A stretch of 64,000 bases of DNA from Acidobacteriota bacterium (GTDB lineage: Bacteria; Acidobacteriota; Terriglobia; Terriglobales; Acidobacteriaceae). The position numbers and the translations under genes are program-made. The notes beneath the pieces are model-generated. The model was given only the letters and a program-made list of their open reading frames with translations, made no database searches and had not been told where the DNA came from. Below are positions 1 to 9,487 of the stretch, piece by piece (the stretch's first letter is position 1; each line of letters begins with the position of its first letter). The stretch is taken from contig JAJZIJ010000004.1 in assembly GCA_021810625.1 (NCBI GenBank), forward strand, positions 9,569 to 73,568, written 5' to 3'.

Positions 1-102
1 AGTAATTCCCGGCGGCGAGGAGAGGAGGATGCCAAGATCAGCATAGTTTCCATCTTAAATGCGGTGGAGAAATGCGAAAGGGAATTGCGTTGCAAGGTTT
101 CC

Positions 103-726
103 TTAAGAGGCAACGTGGCTGCGCGTGTTCTGGTAGGTGTACGCAATGCGATGGATCACCGTAATGGTGGAAAGCACAGCCAGCACCCAGAGAACGGGAG
201 CCATTACCCCCCAGCGATTGAAAAGCGCGCCAATAATAACCAGCACGACGCGCTCCGGGCGCTCCATAAAGCCGACCTTGCAGGCTCCGATAAGCGCCTC
301 GGCGCGAGCGCGGGTGTAGCTGACCATCAGGGAAGTAATCATGACGAAGGCGACCAGAACCACATAAAAAAAGCGGTTGCTCCGCGCATAGTACACCAGC
401 AGGCCAAAGAAAAGCGCCACGTCGGAGTAACGATCTATAACGGAATCAAAGAACGCGCCGAAGACTGTGACCTGATCGGTCTGGCGGGCCACGCGGCCAT
501 CCACCATGTCAAAGATGCCCGCGCCGATGATGACCAGGCCCGCATAGAAAAACATGGGGATATTGTTTTGTGAATTGGCATAGCCGAAAAAAAATGCCGC
601 GCAAATGTTGATAATCAGGCCAATGAAGGTCAGCACATTCGGAGAAATGCGCGTGAGCGCCAGCCCATTCACAATTTTTTGCAGAATGGTGGCGCAACCG
701 CTGCCGAAAGCGCTGGTCCAGGTCAT
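103..726 (-). CDS. CDP-alcohol phosphatidyltransferase family protein
   Basis: 207-aa multi-TM ORF with the family motif DG-x2-AR-x8-G-x3-D-x3-D (DMVDGRVARQTDQVTVFGAFFDSVIDRYSD). Its start overlaps the greA stop by 4 nt. Confidence 0.85.
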   Translation of the reverse strand: MTWTSAFGSGCATILQKIVNGLALTRISPNVLTFIGLIINICAAFFFGYANSQNNIPMFFYAGLVIIGAGIFDMVDGRVARQTDQVTVFGAFFDSVIDRYSDVALFFGLLVYYARSNRFFYVVLVAFVMITSLMVSYTRARAEALIGACKVGFMERPERVVLVIIGALFNRWGVMAPVLWVLAVLSTITVIHRIAYTYQNTRSHVAS

Positions 727-1196
727 TTCGCCTCGTCGTGAATCGTGGTGAGCTTCAGGATTTCCAACTCGCGTTTTCCGTTGGGCGTGACCACGGTCGC
801 CATATCTCCCACCTGCTTGCCGACCAGGCTGCGGCCAATGGGCGAGGTGGTGGAGATGAGACCCTGGGTGACATCGGATTCTTCGCTCGTGACCAGCTTA
901 TATGTAATCTTCTCGTCCTTCGAGCCGTCGTAGACCAGCACCGTGGAACCAAAGGCCACGCGGTCATGGGGAATGTTGGAGAGGTTGACCAGGGCAAGCT
1001 CCGCCATGCGGTGCTTGAGCTGGCCCAGACGGGCGTTAACGAAAACCTGGCGCTGCTTGGCCATGTGATACTCGGCGTTCTCGCTCAGATCGCCCAGCGC
1101 GACGGCTTTCTTGATCTCGGCTGGCAACTCGTGCGTCAGCTCGTGCTCCAGGAGTCGGATTTCTTCTTCCAGTTTTTTCTTGATGTGCTCAGGCAT
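723..1196 (-). CDS. greA: transcription elongation factor GreA
   Basis: 157 aa. N-terminal coiled-coil with the acidic tip GDLSENAEYHMAKQ and a C-terminal FKBP-like domain (ISTTSPIGRSLVGK), as in GreA. Confidence 0.95.
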   Translation of the reverse strand: MPEHIKKKLEEEIRLLEHELTHELPAEIKKAVALGDLSENAEYHMAKQRQVFVNARLGQLKHRMAELALVNLSNIPHDRVAFGSTVLVYDGSKDEKITYKLVTSEESDVTQGLISTTSPIGRSLVGKQVGDMATVVTPNGKRELEILKLTTIHDEAK

Positions 1197-1286
1197 GGAA
1201 CCAATTCTTGGTACAAGATAGTATTTCCCACAATCCGCAGGAACGGCAGAGACACAACGACCCTGCCAAGAATGTGATTATACGGG

Positions 1287-1751
1287 TTATAAGACGTTGT
1301 TTGGCGCAAAAAGTGATCCTGCTCCGCGATGGGCATCCAGATAGCTCTGGAGAATAAGAACGGCGGCCACCTGATCGATGACCTCCTTGCGCGTATGGGC
1401 GGCGCGACCTGCGGCATCCAGATGACGATGCGCCTCGGCGGTGCTGAGACGTTCATCCCACAAAATGACCGGGAGTTTCAGATTTTCTTCGATGGCGGCG
1501 GCGAACTCCTTTGCCGCCAGCGCGCGCGGGCTAATGTCGCCGGACATGTGCAGCGGCAGGCCCACCACGATAGCCGTACAGCCATGTCGGCGCACGATGC
1601 GAGCCAGCGAGCGCATGTCCTGGCGGCGCTGTGTACGATGCAGCGTCAGCAAGGGCTGCGCGGTCAGTCCCATCTCATCGGAGATGGCCACGCCAATGCG
1701 ACGATCCCCATGATCGAGACCAAGAATGCGCGCGGGTAAAGAGGTGTCCAC
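1287..1751 (-). CDS. ruvX: Holliday junction resolvase-like / pre-16S rRNA nuclease RuvX (YqgF)
   Basis: 154 aa. Has ILGLDHGDRRIGVAISD and DERLST motifs typical of the YqgF family. Confidence 0.9.
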   Translation of the reverse strand: MDTSLPARILGLDHGDRRIGVAISDEMGLTAQPLLTLHRTQRRQDMRSLARIVRRHGCTAIVVGLPLHMSGDISPRALAAKEFAAAIEENLKLPVILWDERLSTAEAHRHLDAAGRAAHTRKEVIDQVAAVLILQSYLDAHRGAGSLFAPNNVL

Positions 1752-1907
1752 ACAGCCGATCTTACCGGAGAGGCTGGGACAAGGGGCCGACGCCTCTGGA
1801 AGAATGGCCCTGAAAGCCTACAATGGAAGGGGCGACGGGGTTATATCTTTCGGATGGCCGCAGCTTTCTGATTTCTGGTCGCTACATCTTGCTGGGTATA
1901 GAGGCGC

Positions 1908-2918
1908 GTGCGTTTTTTTCTTTCGATCCTGGGGTTGATGGTTGTGGCGACAGCGGGAATTATCTTCCTGCTGTGGGTTCCGGCTGGGCCAACAACGGCG
2001 CAGATGGTTCGCATTGCGCCGGGGTCTGCGGCTTGGAAAATTGGCGGAACTCTGGAGCGCGCGGGCGTAATTCGCAGTCAGATTGCCTTTGCGCTATGGA
2101 CGCGAGTGGAAGGCGGAACGCTGAAGGCGGGCGTGTATCGCTTCGATCATCCAGCATCCATGACCGAAGTGTATGCGCGGCTGCGACGCGGGGATGTGTA
2201 CACTCTCGCGCTGACCATCCCGGAGGGGTACAACATTTTTGATATCGCCCAGGCCGTTGAGCGGGCGGGCATCGACAAGGGGCAGGATTTTCTGGCCGCC
2301 GAGCAACAGGACACGGATTTGATTCGCGATCTCGATCCCAACGCGCCAAGCCTGGAGGGCTACCTGTTTCCTGATACCTATCATCTAACTCCAGATGTGG
2401 CTCCGCGAGAAATTTTGACGACGATGGTGCGACGCTTTCGGGCGGAGGCGGCACGGTTGGGACTGACAACGCATGTCCACGATGTTGTTACGCTGGCCTC
2501 GCTGGTGGAGCGGGAGACGCCCGTGGCGGCGGATCGTCCGCTGGTGGCCGGAGTCTTCGCCAATCGGCTTGCGCGCAGGATGCCGCTTGATACCGATCCT
2601 TCAGTAATTTATGCGGCGCTGCTGGAAAAACGCTATCGCGGAACCATTTATGCGTCGGATTTGAAGGCAGACTCGTCATACAACACGTATGTCCACGCCG
2701 GATTGCCTCCGGGGCCGATCTGCAATCCGGGTATTCCGGCCCTGCAGGCGGCCATGCAACCAGCCAGGACGGACAATTTATATTTTGTGAGTGATCTGTT
2801 GCATCCCGGACATTCGCGTTTTGCGGCGACACTGGAAGAGCACCAGAAAAATGTGACAGCTTACAGAAGCGAACAGCGCCATACGGAAGCCAATCACGCG
2901 GCGGAACATGGACAATAA
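1908..2918 (+). CDS. mltG: endolytic murein transglycosylase MltG (YceG-like)
   Basis: 336 aa. N-terminal TM segment, then LEGYLFPDTY, ASLVERE and GLPPGPICNPG motifs of the YceG/MltG family. Confidence 0.9.
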   Translation: MRFFLSILGLMVVATAGIIFLLWVPAGPTTAQMVRIAPGSAAWKIGGTLERAGVIRSQIAFALWTRVEGGTLKAGVYRFDHPASMTEVYARLRRGDVYTLALTIPEGYNIFDIAQAVERAGIDKGQDFLAAEQQDTDLIRDLDPNAPSLEGYLFPDTYHLTPDVAPREILTTMVRRFRAEAARLGLTTHVHDVVTLASLVERETPVAADRPLVAGVFANRLARRMPLDTDPSVIYAALLEKRYRGTIYASDLKADSSYNTYVHAGLPPGPICNPGIPALQAAMQPARTDNLYFVSDLLHPGHSRFAATLEEHQKNVTAYRSEQRHTEANHAAEHGQ

Positions 2919-3876
2919 AAAGGAACCCGTGACACGGAGACAAACGAGCCAGATTGGGAGCATCACACGCAGGCAGGTTGGTCTGTTGGCGCTGTTGGCG
3001 GTCGCATCGTTGGGGATCATGGGGGGAATCACGGGCTGCTGGCGTCACACGCGCATTCTGGAAAAGCCTCTGCCCGCAAGCGTGGTGCAGAGCGCAAACG
3101 CGGAGCAACTGATCCAGATCATCAACCAGCAATATAATTCGATCCATTCGCTAAGCGCCACGGTTTACATTCAGGCCTCCGTGGGTGGCGCGGCCAAGGG
3201 GCAAGTGACCGATTACACCTCCGTGCGCGGATTCATCCTGCTGCGCAAGCCGGCGATGCTGCGCGTGCTGGGATTGCTGCCTGTGCTGGAGACCCGCGCC
3301 TTCGACATGGCGAGTGATGGAAATCATTTCAAGCTGCTGATGCCGACCAAGAGCAAGGCGATTGTGGGTAGCAATGCGCTGGCAAAGCCTTCAAAAAAAC
3401 CTCTGGAAAATTTACGGCCCGCCGTCTTTCTTGATTCGTTACTGATCCGCAGCGTCGAACCGGATGAAATGGTCTATGTAACCAACAGTACCCGCGTGAC
3501 TCGCGATCCGCGCACCCGGCGTTTGATGGAAGAACCGGACTATGATCTGGGCATTCTGCGGCGCAAAAAAAATAGCAACGAACTCGTTCCGGTTCGGGTC
3601 ATCCACATCAGTCGCGTGGATCTGCTGCCGTATCAGCAGGACGTATATGACAACAAAGGAACCCTCGTGACCCAAGCCACGTATCGCAAGTATCGGGTGT
3701 TCGGCCAGACGGAGTTCCCAACAGAAATTAACATTCAGCGTCCGCAGGATGAGTATGCGGTCAATCTAAGCATTCAAAAACTTACATTGAATCTTCCTTT
3801 ATCCGACGAGCAGTTTCACTTGAAAATTCCGGCTGGATACCATATTCAGAATCTGGACACGGGGCACCACAATTAG
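2908..3876 (+). CDS. putative lipoprotein, LolA/LolB-like (DUF4292-like) fold
   Basis: 322 aa. Signal peptide with a lipobox-like GGITGC. Beta-rich sequence with no catalytic motif. The family assignment is only an impression. Confidence 0.45.
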   Translation: MDNKKEPVTRRQTSQIGSITRRQVGLLALLAVASLGIMGGITGCWRHTRILEKPLPASVVQSANAEQLIQIINQQYNSIHSLSATVYIQASVGGAAKGQVTDYTSVRGFILLRKPAMLRVLGLLPVLETRAFDMASDGNHFKLLMPTKSKAIVGSNALAKPSKKPLENLRPAVFLDSLLIRSVEPDEMVYVTNSTRVTRDPRTRRLMEEPDYDLGILRRKKNSNELVPVRVIHISRVDLLPYQQDVYDNKGTLVTQATYRKYRVFGQTEFPTEINIQRPQDEYAVNLSIQKLTLNLPLSDEQFHLKIPAGYHIQNLDTGHHN

Positions 3877-3887
3877 CCGCTGCCAAG

Positions 3888-4820
3888 GTGTCTGCCCAAA
3901 AATCATCGAAGGGAGAGGTCATGTCGCATCCAGCCGAAAAACATCCAGCCGAGAGGCCCGATACGCGCAATTTAGTCCGCGGGCGCGCCACGCTTGGCGA
4001 TTTTGAACTAACCATCTGCACCGACGGCACCTGTCTCCTGGATGGCGGAGCGATGTTCGGCGTGGTGCCAAAGACGATGTGGGAGAAGCGCGCTCCGGCA
4101 GATGCCGCCAATCGCATTCTGCTGGGCGAGAACACCGTCATTGTACGTACCGGAAAACATACGGTCGCCATTGAGACCGGCATCGGCAATAAGCTGTCGC
4201 CCAAACTACAGGAGATTTACGGCTGCCAGCAATTATTGCCGCAAAGCTTGCAGGCCGCCGGAGTGCGCCCGGAGGAGATCGACATTGTCATCAACTCTCA
4301 TTTGCACTTTGACCACTGCGGATGGAATACAACCAAGACCGCATCGGGCGCGGTTGTTCCAACTTTTCCGAACGCTCGTTACTTCGCGCATCGTGGGGAG
4401 GCGGAGCACGGCCACCTGCAACTGGAGCGCGACCGCATCAGCTACATCAGCGACAATTACGATCCGCTGATTGCGACCGGGCAAATGACTCTGGTGGAAG
4501 CCAATCAGGAAATTGTTCCGGGAATCTCTGTCGAAATGTATCCCGGCCATACGGCGCAGTTGATGGCCGTGCATATTGACTCTGGCGGTCAGCGCGCAAC
4601 CTATATTTCCGATCTGATCCCAACCAGCGCGCATCTGGATACGACTTGGGTGATGGGTTACGACTTATACCCACTTACGTGCATTGAAGAGCGCAAACGT
4701 TTCTATCAGCGCGCGATTCCAGAAAAGTGGCTGGTGCTGTTCACCCACGACCATCACACGCCGATGGGCTACGTCACGTTGAACGACAAGGGCAAGCCCG
4801 TGCTGATGCCGATGGAGTAG
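3888..4820 (+). CDS. MBL-fold metallo-hydrolase
   Basis: 310 aa with the HxHxDH metal motif (NSHLHFDHCGW) and downstream His/Asp ligands. GTG start; ATG at 3921 is an alternative. Confidence 0.8.
   Translation: MSAQKSSKGEVMSHPAEKHPAERPDTRNLVRGRATLGDFELTICTDGTCLLDGGAMFGVVPKTMWEKRAPADAANRILLGENTVIVRTGKHTVAIETGIGNKLSPKLQEIYGCQQLLPQSLQAAGVRPEEIDIVINSHLHFDHCGWNTTKTASGAVVPTFPNARYFAHRGEAEHGHLQLERDRISYISDNYDPLIATGQMTLVEANQEIVPGISVEMYPGHTAQLMAVHIDSGGQRATYISDLIPTSAHLDTTWVMGYDLYPLTCIEERKRFYQRAIPEKWLVLFTHDHHTPMGYVTLNDKGKPVLMPME
4736..4763. repeat. 28-bp perfect direct repeat, left copy (inside the MBL hydrolase gene)
   Basis: GCTGTTCACCCACGACCATCACACGCCG, identical to 5578-5605. Confidence 0.95.
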
Positions 4821-4922
4821 GCGGGCAGCAATTACGCGAGAAATTCAAGCGGCGCTATCCAGGAGAAATCTCGGTAGACGTATATATACTTTTAATATAT
4901 ACTGAAGTGGAGGTTAATTCTT

Positions 4923-5168
4923 ATGGCTCAAACGGGGATTGCCAGGCTATTTCAAAATGGAAGCAGTCAGGCTGTCCGACTGCCCCAGGAATTTCGTTTC
5001 GAGGGAAATCGGGTGCGCATCCGGCGCGTACCGCAAGGAGTTCTTTTGCAGCCCTGCGCCTCGGATACGGCAGCATGGTTCCAGCATCTGGATGAATACA
5101 ATACCAAGCCGTTCCCCGCAAAAGATCGCAATCAGCCCGTTACGCCTCGCCGCGAGATATTCCGATGA
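4923..5168 (+). CDS. vapB: type II antitoxin VapB (AbrB/SpoVT-type)
   Basis: 81 aa. The looped-hinge-helix style N-terminus (FQNGSSQAVRLPQEFRF) is typical of AbrB-family antitoxins. 4-nt overlap with the PIN toxin gene. Confidence 0.8.
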   Translation: MAQTGIARLFQNGSSQAVRLPQEFRFEGNRVRIRRVPQGVLLQPCASDTAAWFQHLDEYNTKPFPAKDRNQPVTPRREIFR

Positions 5169-5578
5169 ACTATTTGCTCGATACGAATGCCTGTATCGCG
5201 CTTATCAATGGGAAGCCCGCCTCGGTTCGCGCGCGATTTCACAAAGCCAGCCATGCACGATCCAAGATTCTGGTATCGTCCATCGTTGCCTTTGAACTCT
5301 GGTACGGCGCTGCAAAAAGTTCGCTCAAGGAACATAATGTGAATCGGCTCGAAGCCTTCTTCGCCGGGCCGATCTCCATTCTGCCATTTGAGTCGGAGGA
5401 TGCGCGTATCGCAGGTACAATCCGGGCCACGCTGGAAGTCACAGGAAGACCGATTGGCGCTTACGATCTGCTGATTGCAGGACAGGCGCTTCGCCACAAA
5501 CTCACTTTGGTGACGGCCAACGTCTCGGAATTTGCGCGCGTAGAAGGTCTTGCGTGGCAGGACTGGGCCAAGTCGTAG
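5165..5578 (+). CDS. vapC: type II toxin VapC (PIN-domain ribonuclease)
   Basis: 137 aa. Starts YLLDTNACI (first PIN Asp), has an E in FELWYG and the C-terminal LTLVTAN motif. Confidence 0.9.
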   Translation: MNYLLDTNACIALINGKPASVRARFHKASHARSKILVSSIVAFELWYGAAKSSLKEHNVNRLEAFFAGPISILPFESEDARIAGTIRATLEVTGRPIGAYDLLIAGQALRHKLTLVTANVSEFARVEGLAWQDWAKS

Positions 5579-5605
5579 CTGTTCACCCACGACCATCACA
5601 CGCCG
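5578..5605. repeat. 28-bp perfect direct repeat, right copy (starts at the last base of the vapC stop codon)
   Basis: GCTGTTCACCCACGACCATCACACGCCG, identical to 4736-4763. Confidence 0.95.
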
Positions 5606-5627
5606 CATTCTGGCCTGCGGTTTTGCT

Positions 5628-6260
5628 TTACGGCTTTTTGCGGCTGAGAACAAGGCTGGATTTGCGATGGGTTTTGGCGGCATGGTCGATCTTGCGCCAG
5701 AAGGCTACGAAATAATCCGTGGCCGAGATGATTGAGACCATCGCCATGAAATAAATCGCCGTAACCGCGATGACGTGAACCGGAAGGATGAACCAGCCGA
5801 AGCGCCACACGTTCCAACCGTGGTCAAGAATGGCCGCAACAACGGAGACCACCTGCGTCACCATTTTGAGCTTGCCCAACTCACTGGCCTCAATGGTGAA
5901 ACCCTCCGACGCGGCGATGGAACGCAGCCCGCTCACCAGGAATTCGCGGCCAATCACCAGCACGGCAATCCAGGCCGGAACGATGCGCGGGTTGAATTCA
6001 ACCAGAGAAATGAAGGCTGCTGTGACCATCAACTTGTCGGCCAGGGGATCCAGCAACATGCCCATTGTCGTGATCTGGCCGCGTTTGCGCGCCAGATATC
6101 CATCGACGCCGTCTGTGATGGAGGCCAGAATAAAAAGGAGGGAAGCGAAGATTTCCTGTTCCCCATACATGGCGTGCCCGTGAAAGCTGCGGGAGAGCAG
6201 CCAGATCAGCAGCGGCACACTGCATATTCGGCTCATCGTGATGGAGTTGGGCAGGTTCAC
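5628..6260 (-). CDS. pgsA: CDP-diacylglycerol--glycerol-3-phosphate 3-phosphatidyltransferase
   Basis: 210 aa. NLPNSITMSRI N-terminus and DGVDGYLARKRGQITTMGMLLDPLADK motif, with PgsA-like TM layout. Confidence 0.9.
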   Translation of the reverse strand: MNLPNSITMSRICSVPLLIWLLSRSFHGHAMYGEQEIFASLLFILASITDGVDGYLARKRGQITTMGMLLDPLADKLMVTAAFISLVEFNPRIVPAWIAVLVIGREFLVSGLRSIAASEGFTIEASELGKLKMVTQVVSVVAAILDHGWNVWRFGWFILPVHVIAVTAIYFMAMVSIISATDYFVAFWRKIDHAAKTHRKSSLVLSRKKP

Positions 6261-6359
6261 AAAAATCCGGGACGACTACATACCTTGATGATACTGCCAG
6301 TCTGTTGCGATCCAAACTTCTATCGGCCCCACGGAAGAAAATTCACAACTGGATGTTGC

Positions 6360-8270
6360 TTATGCGTCAGCGCCGACGGCAGCGGAGGAATCTTCTGGAT
6401 CGGTCAGCAAGATGTCCTCTTTGGGGAAAAAGATCATAAAAACAGTTCCCGACGGCGAAGCGGGAACGCCAGGCTGGGAGGCGCCTCCAGAAGAGACCGC
6501 AACGCGGCTGCGCACCCGCACCCTGCCCCGGTGTTTTTCGACAATCCCAGCGCTCACCCAGAGGCCCAGTCCGGTTCCGGTCAATTCCTTGGTGGTGAAG
6601 AACGGCTCGAAGATGTGCTGGCGCACCTCTTCGGTCATGCCGCAGCCGGTATCGGCAATCACGATGCGAACTCCGGCAACGCGATCTTTGCGCCAGGCTC
6701 TGGATTTGCGAACGGAGATCATCAGACGTCCGCCGCGCGACATGGCATCAATGGCATTGCCGACCAGGTTGGCAAAGAATTGGCGCATCTCGCCGCTAAA
6801 GCAGAAGAGTTCGGCAGTGTCGTCATAGCGGCGGACAACTTCAATTTGTGCGGCGTACAGGCGTCCGCGATAGAGCGTCAACACGGAATCGAGTACCTCG
6901 CAAAGCCGGATCAGCGTCGGCTGCGTGGACTGGCGATAGAAACGCAGCGTCTGTTGCGTGATCTGTGAGACGCGCGCCAGTTCATGCTGCGCCATCTCCG
7001 CATAATTTGCTGCTTCGGCATCCAGCGAACGCTGGTTTTGCAGCAGGTAGAGCAGGTTGGTGACAGCCTCCAGCGGGTTGTTGATTTCATGCGCAATGGA
7101 GGCAGCCAGACGTCCGGTGGCCGCCAGCTTTTCGCTTCTGCGAAGGGCCTCTTCCGACTTTTTGCGCTGCGTCGTGTCCATGACCACCGTGCCCACCCAG
7201 CGAATCTGATCCGTGCCCGTGCGGACGGGATAAAAACTCCGCAATCGCGTGCAAAAAGAACCGGGAATGCCAGGAATTTCTCCGCTCCACTCCAGGTCGC
7301 GCACTGGCTCCCCGGTGATAAAAACCTGCTGGATGATGCTGGCCAGCACGCGCGATTCTTCCGTGGGGAATACATCCATAATGGGGCGGCTCAAATGGCG
7401 GCTGATGGGCAGGTGATTCATGTCGGCCATAAACTGATTGACGCGAACATAGCGCAGATTGCGATCGAAGAACGCGAATCCAATGGGGGCATTGGCCAGC
7501 ATGGAATCCAGCAGCGCCAGCGTGTCGTTGAGTCCGGCGCGTTGCTCGTGCAGGGCGGCCACCATTGAGTTAAACGCATGGGTCAGAACCCCGGCTTCAT
7601 TGATGGATGTGGTCTGGATGGGGAAGACATTTTGAATCTCTGGATTGCGAATGAGCAGTTGCGTTCCGCGCAGCAGGCCGCGCAAAGGCTGCGTAATGGA
7701 GCGCGCCAGCAGCATGGAAACAATCGCATTGGCGGCAATGGCCAACAGACCGAAGAGCAGCGCGGAGTTGAGAAACTCCCGAAGGGATTTCTCGTCCTCG
7801 GTCATGTCGGGGACGATCCAGGCCAGCGCGATGGGCGTTCCATCAACCAGCACCGGAGCCACGACCTCTGGCGTCGCGTGTTCACCAAGAAAAACAGCCT
7901 GATATGGCGGATGTAACTGCGCCCTTTCCAAAGGAGAAAGCGGAAGATAGCTGCCAGGGCCATTGCGATCCCCATACGCCAGCACATTGCCGGCAAGATC
8001 CGTGATGCGCGCGGAGCGGATGGTCGGCGAGGCGGGCATGGCGGCCATAATGGCTTGAAGGCCCATCATATGCTGGTCGGCCATCTCCTCCGCAGAGGCG
8101 TCTGCCATCACATGCACCTGGTAGATCAGCCGCTGTTCTGTGCGGGCGCGCGCCTGCGCGTCCTGTTGGCGGTAGATATATCCAACAAAGATGCCGACCA
8201 GCAGGCACTGTAGCAGGAGCGTGCCCGCGATGAGTTGACCTCGAATGGTACTGGGAACAAAACGCGGCAT
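6360..8270 (-). CDS. sensor histidine kinase (2 TM, HAMP, PAS, HisKA, HATPase_c)
   Basis: H-box HEINNPLEAV, N-box LVGNAIDAM, G-boxes DTGCGM and GTGLGL. I placed the start at MPRFVPS (ATG ending at 8270) because the longer ORF to 8435 overlaps ypdA. No response regulator is adjacent. Confidence 0.85.
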   Translation of the reverse strand: MPRFVPSTIRGQLIAGTLLLQCLLVGIFVGYIYRQQDAQARARTEQRLIYQVHVMADASAEEMADQHMMGLQAIMAAMPASPTIRSARITDLAGNVLAYGDRNGPGSYLPLSPLERAQLHPPYQAVFLGEHATPEVVAPVLVDGTPIALAWIVPDMTEDEKSLREFLNSALLFGLLAIAANAIVSMLLARSITQPLRGLLRGTQLLIRNPEIQNVFPIQTTSINEAGVLTHAFNSMVAALHEQRAGLNDTLALLDSMLANAPIGFAFFDRNLRYVRVNQFMADMNHLPISRHLSRPIMDVFPTEESRVLASIIQQVFITGEPVRDLEWSGEIPGIPGSFCTRLRSFYPVRTGTDQIRWVGTVVMDTTQRKKSEEALRRSEKLAATGRLAASIAHEINNPLEAVTNLLYLLQNQRSLDAEAANYAEMAQHELARVSQITQQTLRFYRQSTQPTLIRLCEVLDSVLTLYRGRLYAAQIEVVRRYDDTAELFCFSGEMRQFFANLVGNAIDAMSRGGRLMISVRKSRAWRKDRVAGVRIVIADTGCGMTEEVRQHIFEPFFTTKELTGTGLGLWVSAGIVEKHRGRVRVRSRVAVSSGGASQPGVPASPSGTVFMIFFPKEDILLTDPEDSSAAVGADA

Positions 8271-8331
8271 AGAAACGATTCGTTTCGATTGTAGTGGAGC
8301 GGGAGCATCTCTGCCGGGAAATCCGAGGTGC

Positions 8332-9369
8332 CTATGTCGGTAGCGTCGATGCAGCGCGCGTGGGCCGTATCTTTTTGCGGAGACTGGCGGCAATCTGCGC
8401 GCCGTGGAAACGCCCATTCTCAATGAATATCTCATTCGTGCGCATCCCGGCCACGATCACGCCTGCAAGGTAAATTCCAGGGATGTTACTCTCCAGCGTC
8501 TCCGGGTTGCAGACAGGCGTTCGATCTGCGCCTTCCAGTTGAATGCCGAGCGACTCCAGAAAAGAAAAATCCGGATGGTAGCCGGTCATGGCAAAGACAA
8601 ATTGATTTGGCAGTATGCGTTCACCCTGTGGCGTGGACAGATGCGCGGTGTCGGGAGTAATCGCGGTTACGGTCGAATGGAAGTACGCGGCGATCTCGTT
8701 GTTGCGGATGCGATTCTCAATGTCGGGGAGAATCCAGTATTTGACGTGCTTGTGCATGGCCGCGTCGCGATGCGCCAGCGTAACGCGCGCGCCGTGTCGC
8801 CAGAGTTCCAGCGCCGCAATCGCGGCGGAGTTTTTTCCGCCGATGACCAGCACATCCTGGTTGAAGTAGGGATGCGGGTCGGTGTAGTAGTGCATCACCT
8901 TGGGCAAATCCTCGCCGGGAATGTGCAGCAGATTCGGCAGATCGTAGTATCCCGTGGCGAGGATGAGCTTGCGCGCATGATATGTGTGTGCGCGGCCAAA
9001 GGTGTCGGTGGCGTGGACGACGAAAGCGCCATCGACGCCGGTGATGCGGTCAACATTTTGATAGGCGCGAACATCGAGCCGATAGTGCGCGGCGACCTTG
9101 CGGTAATACTCCAGCGCCTCCTGTCGGTTGGGCTTGGGGTTGGGGCTGCTGAAGGGAATGTTGCCGATTTCGAGCAGCTCCGGCGTGGTGAAGAAGGTCA
9201 TGTGCGCGGGGTAATGAAAGAGCGAGTTGCACAGGCAGCCTTTATCGAGCAGCGCCACGCGAAAGCCCTCGCGCTGCGCGTCAATGGCGCAGGCCAAACC
9301 GGTGGGGCCAGCTCCGATAACGAGAACATCGACCGTGTTGGGCGCGGCGGCGGGCGCAGGGTTGCTCAT
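8332..9369 (-). CDS. ypdA: YpdA-family FAD/NAD(P)-dependent disulfide reductase (putative bacillithiol disulfide reductase type)
   Basis: GxGxxG (VIGAGPTGLACA). Long stretches match my recollection of B. subtilis YpdA (HYPAHMTFFTT, LATGYYD, IPGEDLPKV, VIGGKNSA, FAMTGYHPD, NEIFIENGRFHG). Start at MSNPAP (9369). Confidence 0.85.
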   Translation of the reverse strand: MSNPAPAAAPNTVDVLVIGAGPTGLACAIDAQREGFRVALLDKGCLCNSLFHYPAHMTFFTTPELLEIGNIPFSSPNPKPNRQEALEYYRKVAAHYRLDVRAYQNVDRITGVDGAFVVHATDTFGRAHTYHARKLILATGYYDLPNLLHIPGEDLPKVMHYYTDPHPYFNQDVLVIGGKNSAAIAALELWRHGARVTLAHRDAAMHKHVKYWILPDIENRIRNNEIAAYFHSTVTAITPDTAHLSTPQGERILPNQFVFAMTGYHPDFSFLESLGIQLEGADRTPVCNPETLESNIPGIYLAGVIVAGMRTNEIFIENGRFHGAQIAASLRKKIRPTRAASTLPT

Positions 9370-9432
9370 GCTCTTATTTAAGCAGAGCGGGGATGGATGT
9401 GGATTTACGCGCAATCACAAAAACCCTGCGCG

Positions 9433-9469
9433 CCCCACATGCGCCGCGTTCTTCGCGGCGCATGTGGGG
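9433..9469. repeat. REP-A palindromic element copy 1
   Basis: CCCCACATGCGCCGCG-TTCTT-CGCGGCGCATGTGGGG, a perfect 16-bp stem. It lies just downstream of the Kelch gene stop; on the minus strand a T-run follows 9 nt later. Confidence 0.9.
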
Positions 9470-9487
9470 CGGGTCTTGCGTTCTACA

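Noticed and set aside
5775-6968. 397-aa plus-strand ORF
   Set aside because: It spans the antisense of pgsA, the intergenic gap and the histidine kinase 3' end. It has no motif, and both real genes on the other strand are well supported.
8271-8435. N-terminal 55-codon extension of the histidine kinase ORF
   Set aside because: It would overlap the ypdA 3' end by about 100 nt, and it is Arg-rich with no TM or signal features. The MPRFVPS start, which precedes the first TM helix, is more plausible.
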